Positions 16,795 through 24,738 of a DNA stretch of 64,000 nt are shown here, piece after piece. This DNA comes from Limisphaerales bacterium (lineage in GTDB: Bacteria > Verrucomicrobiota > Verrucomicrobiia > Limisphaerales > UBA9464), in contig CBDIPJ010000002.1 in assembly GCA_965283655.1 (NCBI GenBank), positions 148,506 to 212,505 of the forward strand, read 5' to 3'. Under the pieces are notes generated by a model. It was given only the letters and a program-made list of their open reading frames with translations, was not told the origin of the DNA and did not search any database. Positions within the stretch are counted from its first letter, which is position 1. Every line of letters begins with the position of its first letter. Position numbers and translations under genes: made by a program.

Positions 16795-18675
16795 ATGCGA
16801 GTGCGACCTGATGGGAAGAGTTCGGTCTGGCGCCTGGTTGGAAGCGGCGTTGTCGCAGCCTGCTGGATGTTCGCGTCGGCAGGGTGCGCGATTTCCGGGA
16901 ATGGACGCGACGGACTGCCCGCGGAAACGATCTACGTCGGCGGCCAGATCCTGACGATGTCCGGGGACCAACCCGCGTACGCGGAGGCGTTGGCCGTGCG
17001 GGACGGACGGATCCTCCACGTGGGATCCCGGACGTCCGCTATGAAACAGGCCGGCGCACAAACGCGGGTGGTGGACCTGGGCGGGAAGGTCCTGTTGCCC
17101 GGGTTCATCGATGGACACGGACACATCGCGGATTACATCCAGCAGTGGACGCTCCCGGTATTGAATCCGCCGCCCGTCGGCGATGTCACCTCCATCGAGG
17201 ACATCCGCCGCAAGCTCACCGATCACCTGCGCGAGAAACCTCCGGTGCCCGGTCGATTGGTGGTCGCCGTTGGATACGACGACAGCCTGTTGAAGGAACG
17301 CCGGCATCCGACCCGGTTGGACCTCGACGCGGTGAGCCGGGATGTTCCGATCGTCATCCTGCACACGTCGGGTCACCTGCTGGTGGCGAACAGTGCGGCG
17401 CTGAAACTGGCGCGGCTGACCAAGGACACGGAGGACGTTCCGGGTGGCGTGATCCAACGGGATCCGGCGACCGGCGAACCCAATGGCATCATCGAGGAAC
17501 AGGCGGCGTACGCGTTCCTTCCCTACTTCCCGAGGCAATCCCGCGAGGAGCAGGTGCGGATCTTCGCCGAGGTCCAGCAGCTGTGGGCCAGTCACGGGAT
17601 CACGACCGCACAGGACGGCATCGCGAACCCGGACAACGTGAACTTCCTGCGCGAAGAAGCACGCCAGGGGCGACTGAAGCTGGATGTGGTGAGTTACCCG
17701 ATGTGGAAGGTGCTGACGAAGGTCATGCGCGGTGAAGTGGCGTTGGAAGGGGTGGAGGTGTACCCACCGGGATCACAGGTTTCGAATGCCGGCAGGGCGC
17801 GGCCCGGACGAGGCGGCATGGAATCGGTGCCGGTGCCGGGCATGCTGGCGACGAACCGGATCCGGGTGGGTGTGTACGAGAACCACCTGAAGATCGGCGG
17901 GGTGAAGATCACGGGCGACGGATCGCCGCAGGGCAAGACCGCCTTCATGACCCTGCCCTACACACGTCCGCCCGCGGGCTTGCCTCCGGATTACCGGGCG
18001 TACCCTTCGATTGACCCGGCGGAGCTGGATGAATGGGTGGAATGGGGTTACCGGCACGACCTGCAACTGTTGGTCCACTCGAATGGGGATGCCGCCGTCG
18101 AGGCCTTCCTGAATTCGGTCGAGCGGGCGCGGCGAAAGGTGGGCGCCAAGGATCTGAGGCCGGTGGCCATCCATGCCCAATTTGCACGGCACGAACAGGT
18201 GGACCGCATGAAGGCCCTCGGCATCGTTCCCAGCTTCTTCACGGCCCACACGTTCTTCTGGGGCGACACCCACATCGAGACGTTCGGCGCCGAACGCGCC
18301 TTTGGCATCAGTCCACTCGCGCACGCCCACGCGATCGGGCTGAAGTTCTCGAACCACAATGATTCCCCGGTGGTGCCACCCGACATCCTGATGCTGACGT
18401 GGACGGCGGTGAACCGGTTGAGCCGAAGCGGCGTGGTGGTGGGACCCAAGGAACGCGTAAGCCCATACCTCGCATTGAAGTCGGTGACGGACTGGGCGGC
18501 GTACCAGTATCACGAGGAAAACGACAAGGGCACCCTCGCGGTCGGCAAGCTCGCCGATCTGGTCGTCCTCGATCGCAATCCGCTGACGGTCGATCCGATG
18601 CAGATCCGCGACATCCGCGTGCTCGAGACGATCAAGGAAGGGAAGACGATCTATCGCCGGTCCACCGATCGTTGA
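16795..18675 (+). CDS. Amidohydrolase-3 family metal-dependent hydrolase (YtcJ-like), probable lipoprotein
   Basis: Lipobox-like signal MRVRPDGKSSVWRLVGSGVVAACWMFASAGC, then GKVLLPGFIDGHGHIADY (HxH) and HSNGDAAVE, which fits the large amidohydrolase_3 architecture. The ATG at 16795 lies inside ORF 16723-18675. Confidence 0.85.
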   Translation: MRVRPDGKSSVWRLVGSGVVAACWMFASAGCAISGNGRDGLPAETIYVGGQILTMSGDQPAYAEALAVRDGRILHVGSRTSAMKQAGAQTRVVDLGGKVLLPGFIDGHGHIADYIQQWTLPVLNPPPVGDVTSIEDIRRKLTDHLREKPPVPGRLVVAVGYDDSLLKERRHPTRLDLDAVSRDVPIVILHTSGHLLVANSAALKLARLTKDTEDVPGGVIQRDPATGEPNGIIEEQAAYAFLPYFPRQSREEQVRIFAEVQQLWASHGITTAQDGIANPDNVNFLREEARQGRLKLDVVSYPMWKVLTKVMRGEVALEGVEVYPPGSQVSNAGRARPGRGGMESVPVPGMLATNRIRVGVYENHLKIGGVKITGDGSPQGKTAFMTLPYTRPPAGLPPDYRAYPSIDPAELDEWVEWGYRHDLQLLVHSNGDAAVEAFLNSVERARRKVGAKDLRPVAIHAQFARHEQVDRMKALGIVPSFFTAHTFFWGDTHIETFGAERAFGISPLAHAHAIGLKFSNHNDSPVVPPDILMLTWTAVNRLSRSGVVVGPKERVSPYLALKSVTDWAAYQYHEENDKGTLAVGKLADLVVLDRNPLTVDPMQIRDIRVLETIKEGKTIYRRSTDR

Positions 18676-18743
18676 GGAGGGTGGCTGCAGACGAGGGCGT
18701 GGGTTGGCAAGGACCGATCGGGAGTGGAACCGAAGGATACGAA

Positions 18744-20006
18744 ATGAGGAACCGCATGGGATGGAGAATCCGTTGGGCAGCCGCGGGCTTGATGGCGGCC
18801 ACAGGTGCATGGGCCGCGGATGCAGGCGCAACGGTCGGGTGGTGGGATGGCCCAACCTTGACCGGGGATTGGTTCGGGCGGGGATCCGCCCTGAGGGAAG
18901 AGGGTGTTTCGTTGCGGGGTTCGGTGACCCACTTCCTCCAGGGATTGGCCGCGGGAGAGGGCCGTCGGGAATGGGAACTGGGCGGAAAACTCGACGGTTT
19001 TGTGGATGTCGATGCCTCGAAGCTGGGCCTCTGGAACGGATTGTCACTGCACGCCCACGCGGAGCTGAACTATGGGGAGGCACTGGCGTCGCCCGGGGGA
19101 ACCTTCCTGCCAACCAACGTGGGCCTGGGATTTCCAGGATCGGAGTCCGCGAGCGGAGACCTTGCGCTGTTCGTGGCGCAACAGATTCCCGGCGGAGTGC
19201 GGTTGATGGCGGGCAAGATCAACACGGTGGATCTCTACTCCGCCGGAAGGGAGTTCAGCGGTGGCCGCGGCGTGGAGCGCTTTCACCATCTGGAATTCTC
19301 GGCACCGGCCAGCGGCATCACCCCCTCGATGGTCCTGGGCGGGCTGATTTCAGTCACGACGGACCCGGCGAAGTTCACGCTCATGGTCTACGACCCAGAC
19401 AGCAAGATCGGGCAGACGGCGTTGGATCGCCCCTTCGAGAAGGGAACCAGTTTCAACGGCTCCGTCGAACTTGGCGGAACGCTGATGGGCCGGAAGAGCC
19501 GGCACATCTTCTCGGCGGCCTACAGCACGCAGGATGGCGTGGACTTCGACGACATTCCCGAACTTCTACTGCCGCGCTCAACGCCGACAGGAAGCAGGGA
19601 CAATCGCTGGTTCCTGTCGTATGCGGTGGAGCAGACCGTGTGGCGCGATGCATCGGCGCCCGGGCGCGCCTGGGGTGTCTTCGGTCAGGCGGCGATCTCG
19701 GATGCCAATCCGAATCCGATCGGATGGTCCGCGTTGCTGGGAACGGGTGGCACCGGCGTGATCCCGGGACGGGATCGGGACCGGTTGGGTGCGGGCCTGT
19801 TCTGTCTTGGGTTCAGCGAGAGCCTCAAGGATGGGCTGCACACGGTCGGGATCCCGATCCGCAATGAGGCGGGCATGGAGGTCTTCTACAATCTCGCGAT
19901 CACGCAATGGTTGTACCTGACGGGTGACGTGATGGTGATCCGTCCTCCCCAACCGGGAGCAGACCCTGCGGTTCTGGGAGGCATCCGGGCGCAGGTGGTC
20001 TTCTGA
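18744..20006 (+). CDS. Carbohydrate-selective porin, OprB family
   Basis: Signal MRNRMGWRIRWAAAGLMAATGAWA, then the OprB-like LTGDWFGRGSALREEGVSLRGS and a C-terminal beta-barrel ending ...GIRAQVVF. The ATG at 18744 is in frame in ORF 18399-20006. Confidence 0.75.
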   Translation: MRNRMGWRIRWAAAGLMAATGAWAADAGATVGWWDGPTLTGDWFGRGSALREEGVSLRGSVTHFLQGLAAGEGRREWELGGKLDGFVDVDASKLGLWNGLSLHAHAELNYGEALASPGGTFLPTNVGLGFPGSESASGDLALFVAQQIPGGVRLMAGKINTVDLYSAGREFSGGRGVERFHHLEFSAPASGITPSMVLGGLISVTTDPAKFTLMVYDPDSKIGQTALDRPFEKGTSFNGSVELGGTLMGRKSRHIFSAAYSTQDGVDFDDIPELLLPRSTPTGSRDNRWFLSYAVEQTVWRDASAPGRAWGVFGQAAISDANPNPIGWSALLGTGGTGVIPGRDRDRLGAGLFCLGFSESLKDGLHTVGIPIRNEAGMEVFYNLAITQWLYLTGDVMVIRPPQPGADPAVLGGIRAQVVF

Positions 20007-20047
20007 CGAGCTGTGGCGTGGGTGAATGGAAAGGTTCTCCAACCATG

Positions 20048-20149
20048 TCACAGGGTGATCGGATGCAACCCAAAGTGATGGGTGGCGGTGACCATGTGGC
20101 GGTCGCTGCTGTAGATTTCCTTGAGCCCCGCTTCCGCGGCGATTCGGCA
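20048..20149 (-). pseudogene. Possible relic of a second PIN-domain gene (C-terminal ~33 codons)
   Basis: My own minus-strand translation between stops gives CRIAAEAGLKEIYSSDRHMVTATHHFGLHPITL. The A-x-x-x-G-[IL]-K-E-I-Y-S-x-D-R pattern resembles PIN C-termini. There is no start codon. The evidence is weak. Confidence 0.25.
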
Positions 20150-20238
20150 TCAGGTCAAGGACGCCCGGATGCGCCTGGGCTCGTAAAGGAAAGCCGGCGT
20201 CCCAACAAGATCGCGGGATCGCCGGCGCGGATGGACGG

Positions 20239-20367
20239 TTACTTCTTCTTGCCAGGGACCGCCTTCTTGTCAGCGATGGCCTGACTCTTCTTCGCGGCAG
20301 AGGAAGAGGCTGCGGCACTCTTCTGCGAGGATTTCTTCTGGTTGTCCTTCGGTGATCGATCGCCCAT
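20239..20367 (-). CDS. Hypothetical small lysine-rich protein (42 aa)
   Basis: MGDRSPKDNQKKSSQKSAAASSSAAKKSQAIADKKAVPGKKK, the ATG-initiated part of ORF 20239-20559. It is low complexity and has no obvious RBS, so it may not be real. Confidence 0.3.
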   Translation of the reverse strand: MGDRSPKDNQKKSSQKSAAASSSAAKKSQAIADKKAVPGKKK

Positions 20368-20480
20368 GGATTTGAGTAGGTTCGGTGTTGACTGCTGTGC
20401 CCGCGGAATGTCGGTTTCCCCGAGGGCTCCGTACTTTTGCTTCCGCCCGAAGCCGATGTAAACGCTCCGTGTGGCTTTTC

Positions 20481-21663
20481 GGCCCCGCAGACAGGATTCA
20501 CAGGATCTACAGGATGTCCTCCCGACACCCCTTCCCCTCCCCACCTTCTCCCACTTCATTCTGTCATCCTGACATCCTGTCTTCTTCCTCCCCGCAGACA
20601 GGATTCACAGGATTGACAGGATGTCCGCCAGCCACCCCTTCCCCTCCCCACCTTCTCCCACTGCATCCTGTCCTCCTGACATCCTGTCTTCTTCCTCCCC
20701 GCAGACAGGATTCACAGGATTGACAGGATGTCCTCCAACCACCCCTTTCCCTTCCCACCTTCTCCCACTTCATCCTGTCCTCCTGACATCCTGTCTTCTT
20801 CCTCTCCGCAGACAGGATTCACAGGATTGACAGGATGTCCTCCAACCACCCCTTCCCCTCCCCACCTTCTCCCACTTCATCCTGTCCTCCTGACATCCTG
20901 TCTTCTTCCTCCCCGCAGACAGGATTCACAGGATTGACAGGATGTCCTCCAACCACCCCTTTCCCTTCCCACCTTCTCCCACTTCATCCTGTCCTCCTGA
21001 CATCCTGTCTTCTTCCTCTCCGCAGACAGGATTCACAGGATTGACAGGATGTCCTCCAACCACCCCTTCCCCTCCCCACCTTCTCCCACTTCATCCTGTC
21101 CTCCTGACATCCTGTCTTCTTCCTCCCCGCAGACAGGATTCACAGGATTGACAGGATGTCCTCCAACCACCCCTTCCCTTCCCCATCTTCTCCCACTTCA
21201 TCCTGTCCTCCTGACATCCTGTCTTCTTCCTCTCCGCAGACAGGATTCACAGGATTGACAGGATGTCCTCCAACCACCCCTTTCCCTTCCCACCTTCTCC
21301 CACTTCATCCTGTCCTCCTGACATCCTGTCTTCTTCCTCTCCGCAGACAGGATTCACAGGATTGACAGGATGTCCTCCAACCACCCCTTCCCCTCCCCAC
21401 CTTCTCCCACTTCATCCTGTCATCCTGCCATCCTGTCTTCTTCCTCCCCGCAGACAGGATTCACAGGATCTACAGGATGTCCTCCAGCCACCCCTTCCCC
21501 TCCCCACCTTCTCCCACTTCATCCTGTCATCCTGCCATCCTGTCTTCTTCCTCCCCGCAGACAGGATTCACAGGATCTACAGGATGTCCTCCAACCACCC
21601 CTTCCCTTCCCAACCTTCTCCCACTTCATCCTGTCCTCCTGACATCCTGTCCTCCTGTCTTCC
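20481..21663. repeat. Tandem array, 107-bp unit x 11
   Basis: The head motif gcagacagg recurs at 20487 + 107n for n = 0-10. The ORF track shows nine consecutive near-identical ORFs whose starts are spaced exactly 107 bp apart (20621 to 21477). Unit structure: gACAGGATt-cACAGGATt-gACAGGATg, a ~45-nt C/T tract, then catcctgtcctcctgacatcctgtc and cttcttcctcccc. Confidence 0.97.
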
Positions 21664-21683
21664 CCGCCCAGCAATCCCGTCCA

Positions 21684-22433
21684 TCACTCCACCACCACGC
21701 GGAAGTAACCTTCCTGCTGTCCAGCGCCTCCCGTCATTTCCACACACGACCGGCCATTGGCATCCGCGGTCACCACCCGCCAGACGGTCCAGTCCTCGGT
21801 GGCCCATTGCAGCCGGTGCTCGACACGGCAGCGTGCCCCCGGCCGGGTCTTCCAGCACAGCGCGGGTGGGGTACCCGTCACCGCCAACGTTGGCCGCAAG
21901 GGGTGGGGCACCTCGACCACGCCACACACTGGATTGAAGGTCGGGAACGCAAGGTTCGGACTCGCGAGATCATTCCAGAGACCACCGGGATGCCCGTACT
22001 CATTGCCCGTGTTGAGCATGTGCACGAAGTGTTCCCCGCCGGTGACCGGGCTGTTGTCGGGTTGGCCGGGCAACCAATTTGAAAAGCTCCGGGGCGACCC
22101 GTCCGTCCAGAGGAACTGACCTTCCCACTCGGAATCATGAAGCCCGATCCACAGGCTGCGATGGATGCCACCCCATGAACCGAAGGTATCGAAGACCCAC
22201 GCCTGTTCGGCGGCATCATCGATGGTCACGAGATGCCCGCCCAGCGTCACCGCGGCAGCCTCCGACGCGTGCCAGTCGCCCGCGGACAGCAGGAAGTATT
22301 CGTGGTCACTGGCCGGATTCGCGATCGGTCCCGCAACGACCTCGACCTGCGCCTGGGCCGACCCGGCACATACCAGCCCAAGCAGCAGCATCCCGAATAC
22401 GACCACCCCGCGCCCAAGCCGATCCCCAATCAT
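21684..22433 (-). CDS. Secreted C-type lectin domain protein
   Basis: Signal VVVFGMLLLGLVCAGSAQA, then a CTLD: HLVTIDDAAEQAWV ... LWIGLHD ... WTDGSP ... NWLPGQPDN ... GEHFVHM ... GLWNDLA (QPD and WND motifs). The ATG is at 22433. Confidence 0.85.
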   Translation of the reverse strand: MIGDRLGRGVVVFGMLLLGLVCAGSAQAQVEVVAGPIANPASDHEYFLLSAGDWHASEAAAVTLGGHLVTIDDAAEQAWVFDTFGSWGGIHRSLWIGLHDSEWEGQFLWTDGSPRSFSNWLPGQPDNSPVTGGEHFVHMLNTGNEYGHPGGLWNDLASPNLAFPTFNPVCGVVEVPHPLRPTLAVTGTPPALCWKTRPGARCRVEHRLQWATEDWTVWRVVTADANGRSCVEMTGGAGQQEGYFRVVVE

Positions 22434-22496
22434 GGAAGAGCCAACCACGAGCTTCGTTCACCCGCAACATTGCCCCGCTTGTCAGCCCTCCCTTTC

Positions 22497-24227
22497 CTAC
22501 CTCAGCGGTTGGACAAGCGCCTCCAGCTCGGGTTGTAGTCCTGAGGCCGGAACCGATCGGATCATCCGACGGGCAGCCTCACGCTGGCCGTTGGCAGCCA
22601 GCACCACGGCACTGGCAATCTGACGCCGATGATCTTCGGAATCCGGATCGAGGGCACCCACGCGAAGGGCCTCCAAGGCCAACTGGGGATTTCCGCCACG
22701 CAACCGTGCCAGGGCGAGCGCCGCCTGCACCGAGGCATCCTCTGGCCACTGCCGGTGCAATCGCTCGAACTGGTCGGTCGCCCACAGAAGATTTCCGTCC
22801 GTCAACAACTCCACCCATCCCAATTCGATCACCACCCACTCCTCGGCGGGGAGCAATCCCAGCAACTGCCGGAGCTGTTCCCGTGGCGTGGTCAGGTCAG
22901 GGTGGCGACCGACGACCTGCACGAGTGTGCGGCCCGCCGCGGCGGCATCGCCGGGCAGGTGCATCCAGAGTCCAATCGCCTCGAGGGCCAAAGGTCTGAG
23001 GCCGGCGCGAACGGCTTCACGCGCGACAAATGGCAGCACCAGGTCCCGTCGTCCACCGGCCGCCAGCGCCCCGCGAAAGGAGGCTTCGGCGCCGGCCGCA
23101 TCCCCGAGCCTTGCGCGCATGGCCCCGCGTGCGGCGAGGCCCATGGCCGAGTCCAGGACGGTATCGCCGGACCGGACCAACGCCTCCAGCACACCCTCCT
23201 GACGCGTGGCGAGGAGGTAATCCACATGGGCCCCCATGAGGGCCAGGTTGGTGCGGCACCGCGCCAGTGGAAGCAGGCTTCCTGCCTGATCCAGTGCCCG
23301 GCGCTGTTCCAACCAGCGGACCACGCCCAGCACCTCCGGTACTCCGGCTTCCAGGGACACCCAACCCGTCACTTTCTCGGCCCACTCCAAACGGGAATCC
23401 GGTTGTGCCCGGACATGCAGTTGGGCGGCCACCAGCCGCGTCTCCAGATTGGACCCGGGCTGTTCTTCGAGGATGCGGGCCAGTCGCTCGGCTTCCTGTG
23501 GAGCCAGGGTGGGCTGCTCGGCGAGGACCCGTGCCGCCCGCTCCCTTGGGTTGCTCCTTCCGAGACCCACCGCCCACAACAATCGTAACCCCTCCTGTCG
23601 GTCCACCGCCCGCGGCGAATCCGCCAGGAATCGACCCAACTGAAACTCCGCCTCGGCGTCGCCCGGGAACCGCGAAACGACATTTCGCGCGAGCGCGATG
23701 GAATCCCGGAGTGCGGAGAACTGTCGGGAATGTTCGAGTGCCAGGTGCCACACCCGCGGGTCCCTTGCGGCCTCGCGCGTCAGTGCGGCGATGAGCTTGC
23801 CGGCACTGTCCCGTTCACCGCCCTGAAGGAACACCTCAGCTGCCAGGATGCGATCCTCCAGGGTGGCCGACGGCATTTCCAGAAGGGTCCGAAAGAAGCC
23901 CGTGGCCTCCGGGTTCCCTGTCTGGAAGCTGGTACGCGCCACAGCCCTCAGGACTTCCGGATCCTGAGGAGCCAACCGGTAGGCGAGCCGCAGTTGGTGC
24001 ATGCCCTCATCCAACGCGCCGTTGCGGAGCATGGATTCGCCCCGGAGTACGGCGGCGCGGGCCTTGCTGACCTTGGCCGCCGCATAGAGAGGACGCCCGC
24101 CCAGGATTCCCGCGACGAGCAGCACCGGCAAGAGAGCCGCCGCGATGATCGCCAACCGTCGTCCCCAACGCGGGCGACGCACCGCCCGGGTCCGTCGTCG
24201 GTGTTGGATATCGCTGGAGGAATCCAT
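22497..24227 (-). CDS. TPR-repeat protein with an N-terminal membrane anchor
   Basis: MDSSSDIQHRRRTRAVRRPRWGRRLAIIAAALLPVLLVAGILGG, followed by repeated A/L-rich TPR-like helices. The start is ATG 24227 or 24236. Confidence 0.75.
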   Translation of the reverse strand: MDSSSDIQHRRRTRAVRRPRWGRRLAIIAAALLPVLLVAGILGGRPLYAAAKVSKARAAVLRGESMLRNGALDEGMHQLRLAYRLAPQDPEVLRAVARTSFQTGNPEATGFFRTLLEMPSATLEDRILAAEVFLQGGERDSAGKLIAALTREAARDPRVWHLALEHSRQFSALRDSIALARNVVSRFPGDAEAEFQLGRFLADSPRAVDRQEGLRLLWAVGLGRSNPRERAARVLAEQPTLAPQEAERLARILEEQPGSNLETRLVAAQLHVRAQPDSRLEWAEKVTGWVSLEAGVPEVLGVVRWLEQRRALDQAGSLLPLARCRTNLALMGAHVDYLLATRQEGVLEALVRSGDTVLDSAMGLAARGAMRARLGDAAGAEASFRGALAAGGRRDLVLPFVAREAVRAGLRPLALEAIGLWMHLPGDAAAAGRTLVQVVGRHPDLTTPREQLRQLLGLLPAEEWVVIELGWVELLTDGNLLWATDQFERLHRQWPEDASVQAALALARLRGGNPQLALEALRVGALDPDSEDHRRQIASAVVLAANGQREAARRMIRSVPASGLQPELEALVQPLR

Positions 24228-24264
24228 GAACGGCATCCACCCGCATCGGCGGGGGGAAGTGGGA

Positions 24265-24738
24265 TTACTTGGCCGGAGCCGCCGGCTTCTTTGCATCCTT
24301 GGCCGGGGGACACTTGCACAGCCACTCTGCCTGCTGGCATCCGGAACAGGTGGACGCATCGAACTCGATGCGGGCCGTCACGGGCTTCGCAGAAGGGCCG
24401 GCCTTGAACTGGAAGGCGAGCAGGTAGCTGTCTCCCTTCAGCGCCGGGAACACAAACTGGTCACCCACCTTCTCAACCTTCGGCTTCTCGGGCTTGTTCC
24501 GGCTTCCGCCGGTCACCGTCAGGGTCTGCTCCGTGAGCGCCACCGGCTTCAGCGCCTTGTCCAGGACGGCCACGTGGAACTTGCCCTCCTTCAGCACGAC
24601 CTCGCCGTGCAGGGTCTCGTCCTTGCTGAACTCGAGCAACCGCCCGCCGTTCGGCCCCAACTCAACGCCACCATGGCCGAGCGTCCGCAGCACGCCGAGG
24701 CAGAGAACGGCGACCAATGTGAGGAATGACTTCTTCAT
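24265..24738 (-). CDS. Small periplasmic protein with a Cys-rich C-terminus, last gene of the RND efflux operon (putative metal-binding accessory protein)
   Basis: Signal MKKSFLTLVAVLCLGVLRTLG, a beta-rich body, and C-terminal ASTCSGCQQAEWLCKCPPAKDAKKPAAPAK. Its ATG overlaps the RND pump stop (ATGA at 24735-24738). Confidence 0.7.
   Translation of the reverse strand: MKKSFLTLVAVLCLGVLRTLGHGGVELGPNGGRLLEFSKDETLHGEVVLKEGKFHVAVLDKALKPVALTEQTLTVTGGSRNKPEKPKVEKVGDQFVFPALKGDSYLLAFQFKAGPSAKPVTARIEFDASTCSGCQQAEWLCKCPPAKDAKKPAAPAK

Noticed and set aside
20481-21663. CRISPR array
   Set aside because: The period is 107 bp and the whole unit is repeated near-identically, so there are no unique spacers between short repeats. 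No cas genes or leader-like region are visible in the window.
20621-21937. Series of 69-aa Pro/Ser-rich ORFs (MSSNHPFPSPPSPTSS...) as a gene family or one repetitive protein
   Set aside because: They are translations of the tandem DNA repeat. Each unit carries its own stop codon, there is no continuous frame across units, and the composition is low complexity, driven by the C/T tract.
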